NCBI GenBank assembly: GCA_003154635.1 | Contig: PMDX01000093.1 | Coordinates: 250-52,253, forward strand | Length of the DNA: 52,004 nucleotides | Source of the DNA: Actinomycetota bacterium | GTDB lineage: Bacteria; Actinomycetota; Geothermincolia; Fen-727; Anoxymicrobiaceae | Reading direction: 5' to 3' | Part shown: piece by piece, positions 16,560 through 24,271 of the stretch | How positions within the stretch are numbered: position 1 is the first letter of the stretch | How the letters are laid out: each line of letters starts with the position of its first letter | Translations under genes and position numbers: made by a program | The notes under the pieces: generated by a model | The model's input: the letters and a program-made list of their open reading frames with translations, nothing else | What the model was told of the DNA's origin: nothing | Databases searched by the model: none

Positions 16560-16642
16560 ATCCAACCTCACCGTGGTTCGCGGGCCGGTAACCCCGTTCT
16601 ATCCAGGCACCAATATTTATCGCAACAAGAGCCCCGTCATTT

Positions 16643-16918
16643 TTACCTGCGGCGGCTGTATCCTCCGCCACCGTACGAGGAGAGATCAAGGAAGAAGCCT
16701 ATGACTACAAAAACATATCCCCATCCGCTGATACCGAGGCCGGGTTGATACGCCAGCGCATAGAACATCGTCGTGAAGGGGAGGAAGAGCAGGCCGAGGA
16801 AAGGCCAGATGAACGTGTGGTGAAAAGCTATTGTGACCTGAGACGTAAAGATCCAGACCAGAAGCAGGGCGATGCGCGGCGCGAAAGAAGAGATCAATGC
16901 CAGAAGGCAGCAGCCCAT
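16643..16918 (-). CDS. small membrane protein (about 3 TM), unknown function
   Basis: The start MGCCLLALISS at 16918 follows GGGAGG. The C-terminus is the Gly-rich SSYGGGGYSRRR. The longer track ORF (to 17158) overlaps the upstream gene and is not supported. Confidence 0.55.
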   Translation of the reverse strand: MGCCLLALISSFAPRIALLLVWIFTSQVTIAFHHTFIWPFLGLLFLPFTTMFYALAYQPGLGISGWGYVFVVIGFFLDLSSYGGGGYSRRR

Positions 16919-16920
16919 GC

Positions 16921-17271
16921 CTAACCTCCCTGCTCGTCCGACCCAACGGGAACCCGTGTCAACATGTAGATGACTGATCCGACCCACGTCAGCAGAAATA
17001 GCAAGATGGCTGCAACCCACTGTGAGCCGTCCAGCTTGAGATAGCTTCCGAACCAGAATGTCGCATACAGGAAAAGTACGACCGCGACGATGGCAAGAGT
17101 GAGGCTCGCGGCACCCGGGAGCTTGACGAACATGAGTACCGGCGAGCTGAACGCGCATATCGAGGCAATTACCACGATGACGGAATAAGTCCAGAACCTC
17201 TTACCGTACTCGTCGTCTTCTCTTAGTTCCCGCCTGCGTATCCCGGCGGCCGTATCGTTACCAGATGCCAT
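16921..17271 (-). CDS. small membrane protein, PLD-N-terminal-like helical hairpin
   Basis: The ATG at 17271 (MASGNDT) lies 6 nt after GGAGGA. It has two to three TM helices. WVAAILLFLLTWVGSVIYMLT resembles the cardiolipin-synthase N-terminal domain type. Confidence 0.6.
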   Translation of the reverse strand: MASGNDTAAGIRRRELREDDEYGKRFWTYSVIVVIASICAFSSPVLMFVKLPGAASLTLAIVAVVLFLYATFWFGSYLKLDGSQWVAAILLFLLTWVGSVIYMLTRVPVGSDEQGG

Positions 17272-17442
17272 CCCAGTTCCTCCATACCGTGCCACATCAC
17301 ACCAACAGGATATTCCAAACCGTTGCGCTATTCAAAACGCGGGGACATTGAGCAAGCCATGAATGTCGGCTCGGATGGATGGGCCGGGTGCTTAGTCGTA
17401 TCATGAAACCAGAGAAACCGTGGTACAGACGGGGGGTGCACA

Positions 17443-18879
17443 ATGGAAGAGCTTGCTTTCATGGATGCTACCGCGCAGGCTGACCTTGTGCGGCGAGGCG
17501 AAGTCTCGGCACTCGATCTGGTGAGCGCGGCCGTTGAACGGATAGAACGGCTGAATCCCCAACTCAACGCGGTTGTAACACCGATGTTCGGCAAAGCATG
17601 TGAGACCGCGGCTCTGCCGGCGAGCGCACTGCCCGAAGGTCCTTTCACGGGGGTTCCGTTCCTCCTCAAGGACCTGATGGCGAGCTACGCCGGATTCCGC
17701 ATCACTTCGGGCTCCGCTTTCCTCGAGTACTACGTGGCGGACCATGATAGTGAACTGGTCGCAAGGCACAAGAGGGCCGGCCTTATCGTTGTGGGAAAGA
17801 CTAACACCTCGGAGTTCGGCATCCTTCCGACCGCCGAGCCGAAGTTCTTCGGCGCATGCCACAACCCCTGGGACGCGAGCAGGAGCACGGGTGGCTCGAG
17901 CGGTGGCTCGGCCGCGGCGGTGGCATCCGGCATGGTACCGATGGCACACGCAAACGACGCCGGCGGGTCGATCAGGATACCCGCGTCGTGTTGCGGTGTC
18001 TTCGGGCTGAAGCCGACACGCGCGAGAAACCCGATGGGTCCGGACATCGGCGATGCCTTTGGCGGGATGATCGTGGAGCATGCGGTAACCCGCTCTGTCC
18101 GCGATAGCGCGGCGCTGCTGGATGCTACGTGCGGGCCAACACCCGGCGATCCCTACTGGGCGCCGCCGAACGCGCGCCCGTACGTTCAGGAAGTGGGCGC
18201 GGACCCCGGCCGTCTGCGCATCGCGGTTGTCACCGGGGATCCGACGGGGGGCAAGGTCCACGACGACTGTATCAAAGCGGTGCGAGACGTCGCCTCTCTT
18301 TGCGACGGGTTGGGACACGAGATAATCGAGGATGTAGCGGTGAGATTCGACCTGCAGACCGTGATCCCTGCGTACACGGCCGTATATGCCGCCGGCAACG
18401 CCTGGGCTATCGACGGTGGGGGAATCATGTCGGGGCGGACCCCGTCACCGGAGAAGTTCGAGAAACTGACCTGGGCGCTCTACGAGATGGGTCACGGCAT
18501 AGACGCGCCGCAGTTCCTGCTCCACATGACCGCTCTCCAGCGAGCAGCGCGGGACATAGCCCGCTCGTTCGAGGACTATGACGTAGTCTTGACCCCCACG
18601 GTCACGGAGCCACCGCCGCCTCTAGGCACGTTCGACTCACCGCCGGACAACCCGCTGTACGGCCTGATGCGCGCCGCGTCGTACGTGCCGTTTACAACCG
18701 TAGCCAACTTTACGGGACTGCCGGCGATGTCGGTCCCGCTGCACTGGAACGCCGATGGTCTTCCCATCGGGACACAGTTCATCGGGAAGTCTGGTGACGA
18801 GGCGACCCTGTTTCGCCTTGCCGCCCAGCTCGAAGAGGCGCGCCCATGGGGCGGCCGGAGGCCCGCGATCCATGCGTAG
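17443..18879 (+). CDS. amidase (amidase-signature family)
   Basis: 478 aa. The signature is [33 protein letters not shown]. Confidence 0.9.
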   Translation: MEELAFMDATAQADLVRRGEVSALDLVSAAVERIERLNPQLNAVVTPMFGKACETAALPASALPEGPFTGVPFLLKDLMASYAGFRITSGSAFLEYYVADHDSELVARHKRAGLIVVGKTNTSEFGILPTAEPKFFGACHNPWDASRSTGGSSGGSAAAVASGMVPMAHANDAGGSIRIPASCCGVFGLKPTRARNPMGPDIGDAFGGMIVEHAVTRSVRDSAALLDATCGPTPGDPYWAPPNARPYVQEVGADPGRLRIAVVTGDPTGGKVHDDCIKAVRDVASLCDGLGHEIIEDVAVRFDLQTVIPAYTAVYAAGNAWAIDGGGIMSGRTPSPEKFEKLTWALYEMGHGIDAPQFLLHMTALQRAARDIARSFEDYDVVLTPTVTEPPPPLGTFDSPPDNPLYGLMRAASYVPFTTVANFTGLPAMSVPLHWNADGLPIGTQFIGKSGDEATLFRLAAQLEEARPWGGRRPAIHA

Positions 18880-18949
18880 ACAGCGGGGACTTGCGCGAGC
18901 CCGCATCCTGTTTTCAATAATCCCAGTGGGCGACTATCATATATCCAGT

Positions 18950-18973
18950 GCACTGTGACGGGCACTGTGACGG
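18950..18973. repeat. perfect tandem 12-mer GCACTGTGACGG x2
   Basis: Read directly: 18950-18961 and 18962-18973 are identical. It lies 30 nt upstream of the K+ channel ORF. Confidence 0.9.
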
Positions 18974-19003
18974 CCCTCCGGATGGCGCCGAGAAAGGGAT
19001 CTT

Positions 19004-20071
19004 GTGGCAAGAGTGGGATTTAGAAAGAGGTACGCCTATCGCAAGGATGCGACGCGCCTCAAGCTGAGTACAAAGGCAGCGGCGATCGTGCTCCTTGTCA
19101 ATATACTCCTCGTCATCATGTTCGGCTCGATGGTCCTCTTGCACTTCGAAAAACACAAAAACCCAAGGGTCAACACGTACGGGGATGCTGTATGGTTGAC
19201 GTGGGTCACCATTACGACGGTCGGTTACGGTAACAACTACCCGGTAACGACGGCCGGAAAGTGGACCATAGTGGTCATTATGATCCTCGGCGTAGGGATG
19301 CTCACTTCGTATTTTTCTCTCAGATCCGCGAAGAAGGTGCGGGATGTCCAGACTAAAAGGAAGGGGTTGAACGTGAAGATAAGCAGCCGTGACCACTACG
19401 TGGTCCTGGGTTGGAACGAAAGGGCCCCATCTCTGTTAGAGAACCTGAGGAAGCTGCTCGAGCCGGAGCGGACCGCGGTCTTGCTCATGTGCGACCTCGA
19501 GGAACAGCCGTTCGACGATGATTACATCTTCTACATGCGTGGCCGCCCAACGAGCGAGCGTGACCTCAAGAGGGCTAACGTGAGCGAGGCGAGGGTGGCC
19601 ATTCTGCTGGCCAACGACGACCCCGAAACCTCAGGAAGCGATATCGATGCGAAGACCGTGTTGACAGCATTGACCATACATTCGTTGAACCCCGCGGTCA
19701 GGATGACCGCCGAGGTCCTGGAATCCGAGAATATCCACCACCTTGAGCTCGCGGGTGTCAATGAGGTGCTCGATTCCAACCTCGTGCTGGGCAGCCTGCT
19801 CGCGCGTTCAGCCAAGAGCTTCGGTCTGATAGGGTTCGTGACCCAGATTATGACCGCGGAGCCAAGCGAGGGGCTCACGAGAGTGCAGGTCGACGATGAA
19901 ATCGCCGGAATGCCTGTGGAGCGACGCGAAGAGTATCTACTCGAAGAACTTCACATGCTCCCGCTGGCATTGAACTCACATGGAGAGATCAGGCGATATT
20001 CACGGGATATGGAGCTCACGCCGGGTGACTTCATCGTGGTCATATCGAGGCCGAAGACGCCGGAGCCCTAG
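19004..20071 (+). CDS. potassium channel protein with C-terminal RCK/TrkA-N domain
   Basis: Selectivity filter TITTVGYGN, two flanking TM helices, then a DHYVVLGWNERAPSLLENL Rossmann-like RCK domain. GTG start in the track; the exact start is uncertain. Confidence 0.85.
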   Translation: MARVGFRKRYAYRKDATRLKLSTKAAAIVLLVNILLVIMFGSMVLLHFEKHKNPRVNTYGDAVWLTWVTITTVGYGNNYPVTTAGKWTIVVIMILGVGMLTSYFSLRSAKKVRDVQTKRKGLNVKISSRDHYVVLGWNERAPSLLENLRKLLEPERTAVLLMCDLEEQPFDDDYIFYMRGRPTSERDLKRANVSEARVAILLANDDPETSGSDIDAKTVLTALTIHSLNPAVRMTAEVLESENIHHLELAGVNEVLDSNLVLGSLLARSAKSFGLIGFVTQIMTAEPSEGLTRVQVDDEIAGMPVERREEYLLEELHMLPLALNSHGEIRRYSRDMELTPGDFIVVISRPKTPEP

Positions 20072-20144
20072 CGCATCGCTCCGGCGCACCGTCTTCTAAT
20101 CGATACCTGCGACCCGCGCTTCATGGATAAGGTAATATCTCCTT

Positions 20145-21161
20145 ATGCCTTTAAGAGACAATCTCCAGAAAGCGGCCAAAGTGCTGGATCGCCAGGCGCG
20201 ACACTACGGCCGTGCAGGAGAGTCGCTATACAAGACCCTGGTCGCGGACCGCCGGTGGTTCGCGGCAACCTCCGCCGCTGTAACCGACTACTGGCAGAAG
20301 AAGTTGTACTACTTCAACGGTAACTTCACCTACAACGCTTTTCTCGCCGTGATCGCGCTGCTGGTGGCTCTCTCGTCACTGATCGGCATAATGGCACAGG
20401 CCAACAAGAATTTTAGCGACAACATCGTCAAGTTCCTCAAGAGCACGGTCCCGCTCTTCGGCTCGGCGCCGCAGTCTACGCTGAACGCCATGAAGACGTA
20501 CCGCAGCGTGGTGGGCGTGCTGGGTTTCCTCGCCCTCCTCTGGACCGGGACGAAGATTTCCCACGCGGTCGATTGGGGGTTCTCCCAGATCTGGGGGACA
20601 AAGAGCCGCTCCTACATCAAGGGCAAGGTGTTCGGCCTGTTTTTCATCTCGATAGTCGGCCTGTTGTTCCTCGGCGCCTTCCTCGTCCAGTTCGGTTTCG
20701 AGGCTGCATGGAAGTGGATAGCGGGCTCTCACCATGTGGTCTATAACGGGGTCATTGCAGTCGTCAAACCGTTGCTTGGCCTGATGGTGAATTTCGGCCT
20801 GTTCTTCTTCCTGTTTGCGGTCGTCCCCAGGGTCAAGCAGCTCTACAGAAAAGTAGCTGTCGCGGCGGTCGTCTCGGCTGCGCTCTTCCTTGCCATGCAG
20901 TACCTGATCGGGTTCTACTTCCGCTCGATCTCCAACGTGCCCTCGGTTTACGGGTCAATATCGACGGCGATAATACTCATTGTCTGGCTTCACGGGATGG
21001 GCCTGATAACTTTCTTCGGCGGTGAGCTGTCATACGTGCTTCAGCACGATGAACTCGTCGAGGAGCATCGCATCAAGGCGAGTTCGTGGAGCCTGTTCGG
21101 AGAGCTCGGGAAACCGGCCCGGGTCTCGAATGAAAAGGACAGCGAAGCGGGAACGGACTGA
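20145..21161 (+). CDS. YihY/BrkB (virulence factor BrkB/ribonuclease BN-like) family membrane protein
   Basis: 338 aa with 6 TM. The pattern NAFLAVIALLVALSSL...LLWTGTKISHAVDWGFSQIWG...GSISTAIILIVWLHGMGLITFFGGEL is typical of this family. Confidence 0.8.
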   Translation: MPLRDNLQKAAKVLDRQARHYGRAGESLYKTLVADRRWFAATSAAVTDYWQKKLYYFNGNFTYNAFLAVIALLVALSSLIGIMAQANKNFSDNIVKFLKSTVPLFGSAPQSTLNAMKTYRSVVGVLGFLALLWTGTKISHAVDWGFSQIWGTKSRSYIKGKVFGLFFISIVGLLFLGAFLVQFGFEAAWKWIAGSHHVVYNGVIAVVKPLLGLMVNFGLFFFLFAVVPRVKQLYRKVAVAAVVSAALFLAMQYLIGFYFRSISNVPSVYGSISTAIILIVWLHGMGLITFFGGELSYVLQHDELVEEHRIKASSWSLFGELGKPARVSNEKDSEAGTD

Positions 21162-21187
21162 ATCCGTAACGCACCATGCCCGGAAGG

Positions 21188-21547
21188 CTACTCTTTCCTG
21201 TGCTCTTTGGCCTCTTTTATCTCTTCTTTGAGCTGCTTCCTGGCTGCTTTGAAATCGACCCTGGGGTAATCGCTCAGGGTCTCCGCCGAGCCGGCGGTTT
21301 CTCCGCAGTGTGGGCAGATCTCGTTCGTGGGCGCGAATAGCCCGCCGCAGTTCTTGCACTCAGCCTCGTTGATGTTATCGACTCGCTCGGCTGTTGCGTG
21401 GATCTCATCCCTGAGCTTATGGTCGGATTCTTTGACCTTGGCCCCGGGCATCTCGGTCATGGCTTCGGCGCCCGGGGTATCGCCGCAATGCGGGCAAAGG
21501 TCGGCGTCCGTCGGGAGCGGCTTGCCGCAATCCTTACACTCTGCCAT
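21188..21547 (-). CDS. double zinc-ribbon protein with Lys/Glu-rich C-terminal helix
   Basis: The ATG at 21547 (MAECKDCG) follows CAGGAGGGAA. There are two copies of ECK.CG-x10-12-CPHCG(D/E)T.G. Confidence 0.65.
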   Translation of the reverse strand: MAECKDCGKPLPTDADLCPHCGDTPGAEAMTEMPGAKVKESDHKLRDEIHATAERVDNINEAECKNCGGLFAPTNEICPHCGETAGSAETLSDYPRVDFKAARKQLKEEIKEAKEHRKE

Positions 21548-21617
21548 CGATTCCCTCCTGTATATATGAGGCCGTGAACCTCGGCCTCCTTTACATATGA
21601 TTATACACGCGCCCACA

Positions 21618-22439
21618 TCAGGTATCGACGAGTTCGAATGCGCTCTCCATCAGCTCCGCGAGCCGGGCCGTGAACCTTGCGGCCGGAGCTCCGTCGACGA
21701 CATCGTGGTCGAACATTATGGTCAGGTGAAGAAAATCGCGCGCCTCGATGCTGTCGCCGACCATGCCCGGTTTCCTTGTCACCGATCCCAGCGCGAAGCA
21801 GAGTGGGAGGGTCGTTATCGGCAACGCCCACGCGGAGACGTTTCCGAACATTCCCAGGGAGGTGACGATCACGGTCCCCGTCATCTTCTTGGTCAGTGAT
21901 GGGCTATTGGACAGGACCCTCCAGAACGTCCTTCCAAGGACGCGAGGCATCCTCAGGTAGAGCTTCGCCATTCTCGCGGCGCGCTCGTTGCCCAGCACCA
22001 GCCCTTCATCGCGGGTCTTCTTCGAGCCCGAGAGCTCCTCGTTTATCTGCGAAAGAGTCTTTTCGTTTGCTTTTCTGAGCAGGTACGGGCGTGGCACGCG
22101 TTTGCCACCCAACTCACCCTCGACCATCACCGTCAAGTCGACGTCGTCAAAGACGAAAAGCCTGTTGCGTTTTCTGACCGCGTGGGCCTCAGGCTGTTCC
22201 GCCGCCACCTGGCTTATGCACCTGGTTGCCCACGCCGTGAGCGTGACCGGTTCGCCGGATTCCTTGCGCCGCGCGAGTGTCTTCATCGCGTCAGTCACGT
22301 CGACCTCCACGAGACCCATCACGTGGTGCTTCCTGACACCTATCGCGAGCATGTCGATGGAGAAGAACCGCGTGCCCGGAAGGTCGCGAACCGTATATCT
22401 GCCGAGGATGTCGCTCTTAGACACTGCCCACTCCATCAA
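21618..22439 (-). CDS. stand-alone 2-oxoacid dehydrogenase E2-type acyltransferase catalytic domain
   Basis: 273 aa. The catalytic-type motif is TIMFDHDVVDGAPAARF (DHxxxDG). No lipoyl or subunit-binding domains are present. Confidence 0.75.
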   Translation of the reverse strand: MMEWAVSKSDILGRYTVRDLPGTRFFSIDMLAIGVRKHHVMGLVEVDVTDAMKTLARRKESGEPVTLTAWATRCISQVAAEQPEAHAVRKRNRLFVFDDVDLTVMVEGELGGKRVPRPYLLRKANEKTLSQINEELSGSKKTRDEGLVLGNERAARMAKLYLRMPRVLGRTFWRVLSNSPSLTKKMTGTVIVTSLGMFGNVSAWALPITTLPLCFALGSVTRKPGMVGDSIEARDFLHLTIMFDHDVVDGAPAARFTARLAELMESAFELVDT

Positions 22440-23145
22440 GCTTGCCGCGGATTATCTTCAGGCCGTACTCCGCCGGGGGAATCGCCAGGACATCGAAGTC
22501 CCTGAATCCGGCATCCCGGAGGTAGCCGAGCCATGCTTCGGAAGTGATCACGTACTCGCCGTTCTCCCGCAGGTCGTTGGGTATCGACTCGATAATCATG
22601 ACAGCCTTATCGTACGCGTCGTTGTCGAGGCAGTACATCGCCCAGCCGGTCATCTTCCGGATGGTGTCTCGCGCACGCTCCGGGTCTCCCGGGGGGCCGT
22701 CACGGTCGACGAAGCGATCGGCGTACAGCAGCGTACCACCCGGTTTCAGAACCCGCGCGAGCTCAATGGCGCTCCCGGCCTTTGTTTCACGCGGCACGTG
22801 GTGCAGCGCGAGGCTCGTTACGATGAAGTCGAACTCGGAGTCCCGCGCGGGTATCGCCAGCGCGTCCCCATCCGTGACCGCTACGTTTTCGAGCCCCGAG
22901 AACCTGCCCGAGAACAACTCCCGCATCTTCGCCGAAGGATCCATGCCCAGCACCAGGGCACCCGGGGAACGTTGGAGCAACTGGAACGCGAGGTTACCCG
23001 TACCGCAGCCGATGTCAAGGATACGCTTTTCGTCAACGTCTCCGAGCTGTTCGAGGATCATCTCGAGCATGTTGATGTAGACGGGGTCTCTCAGAAAAAC
23101 TCCGTCATAGTCGTTTGCGAACTCGTCCCAGTCGAGCCAGCCCAT
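22417..23145 (-). CDS. class I SAM-dependent methyltransferase
   Basis: ILDIGCGTGNLAFQLL motif I. The ATG at 23145 (MGWLDWDEF) follows GAGAGAGGAA. The 3' end overlaps the downstream E2-like ORF by 23 nt. Confidence 0.8.
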   Translation of the reverse strand: MGWLDWDEFANDYDGVFLRDPVYINMLEMILEQLGDVDEKRILDIGCGTGNLAFQLLQRSPGALVLGMDPSAKMRELFSGRFSGLENVAVTDGDALAIPARDSEFDFIVTSLALHHVPRETKAGSAIELARVLKPGGTLLYADRFVDRDGPPGDPERARDTIRKMTGWAMYCLDNDAYDKAVMIIESIPNDLRENGEYVITSEAWLGYLRDAGFRDFDVLAIPPAEYGLKIIRGKLDGVGSV

Positions 23146-23570
23146 GTCATTCCTCTCTCTTGAAAAATGCCGATACCCGTTCACCCATGTCGCGGGCGGG
23201 CGCAGCGGAAAGCGGGTTTTCACGGTTTTCTGGCGCCTTCGGGAGGCGTTTCCCTGGAGGTATTGTCACCTGTTCGTGTAATTAGGGCAACTGAAAGGAG
23301 AGCAAGGAGATGAAGACAGGAAGTAGACTGAGCGCCGGCGCGGCGGTGGCCGGGGGAAGGTTTCTTGAAGGGCGGCCGGCCACCCGGAATGCCTCTACCT
23401 TATATTCACAAACGGCATAGCGATCGGCGAGAAGATGGAAAGGCTTGGCACGTTGACCGCCGCCATATCGGTCGAAGGGATGTGCGAGACGACCGACCGG
23501 AGGCGAGAGGAAGGAGCGTTCGACCGCGCGCTTGGCGCCATGTCCGACCTGTGGGAGGAGAAGCGAAGCG

Positions 23571-24047
23571 TCAGTTCCCTGGCTGCTTGAGCAGGGAAAT
23601 CGAAAATGTAATTGCCGCCAGCGATAGTAATTGCATAAGTAACAGGCCTATGCTCGGAGGACAGCCTTCCATTTGAGAACCGATACAAACAATTGCGCAT
23701 GAGCCCAATAGTTGTTGAAGCCCGGCAAAGAAAACCGGCCCATAGATCATCGGTTTTTCAGCAACGGTCCTGGTAAGGAAGATGCAGATAACCACAAGAG
23801 CAAGTGAAGAGGAAAGTATCAAGCAGCTCAAAATGGAAAGAGCACTAACTCTAAACTGACGGATAAACGTATCGCCTGAAAGAAATGGAGCGTCTGTGGG
23901 CTGGATAAAGCGCTTGCAGAAGCAGGATTCAAACCACCCTGAGCTGCTGCGATAAAGAGCTGTGGAGGCGAGCGTCAGGAAAGAGGCAGGCCAAGGAACC
24001 TGTCGGGTGGGAGTCAGGGAGACGAACGTAAGTGAACGGCTTGACAT
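23571..24047 (-). CDS. possible small membrane protein in a low-GC patch
   Basis: The ORF contains 3-4 hydrophobic segments (VSALSILSCLILSSSLALVVICIFL, MIYGPVFFAGLQQLL, IGLLLMQLLSLAAITFSISLL). There is no clear RBS and I recognise no family. The start at 24047 is a guess. Confidence 0.35.
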   Translation of the reverse strand: MSSRSLTFVSLTPTRQVPWPASFLTLASTALYRSSSGWFESCFCKRFIQPTDAPFLSGDTFIRQFRVSALSILSCLILSSSLALVVICIFLTRTVAEKPMIYGPVFFAGLQQLLGSCAIVCIGSQMEGCPPSIGLLLMQLLSLAAITFSISLLKQPGN

Positions 24048-24271
24048 GTCTGCGGAGCCTGAGCATAATCTGCATAATATGTAACTGCGATCCATCTGCA
24101 GGCAACAAGGCGGGGGGGGTGGGAACCAGGTTACTTCCAAGGGCTTCAGGTGCAAATCGTGCGGCAACACAGCTTGAATCCGACATCTCAAACACTCTCG
24201 AATAAGCAGTTCATGCAATCTACCGCCTTTGAGCGGGAACAAGAATATTCAGTTTCACCGGGAGGTGGCTT

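Noticed and set aside
17401-18318. 305-aa minus-strand ORF antisense to the amidase.
   Set aside because: It is an Arg/Gly/Pro-rich low-complexity translation with no RBS, and the amidase signature on the plus strand explains the region. The same reasoning applies to 21988..23163(+), 35695..36492(-), 40006..41328(+), 46884..47606(-), 47805..48401(-), 49138..49824(-), 50764..51237(-) and 51003..51734(-).
23311-23545. Two short plus-strand ORFs. One is 36 aa after AAAGGAG (MKTGSRLSAGAAVAGG...). The other is 51 aa (MERLGTLTAAISVEGMCETTDRRREEGAFDRAL...).
   Set aside because: They are too short, I recognise no motif, and they lie in the promoter region of the divergent methyltransferase. They cannot be supported without comparative or expression data.
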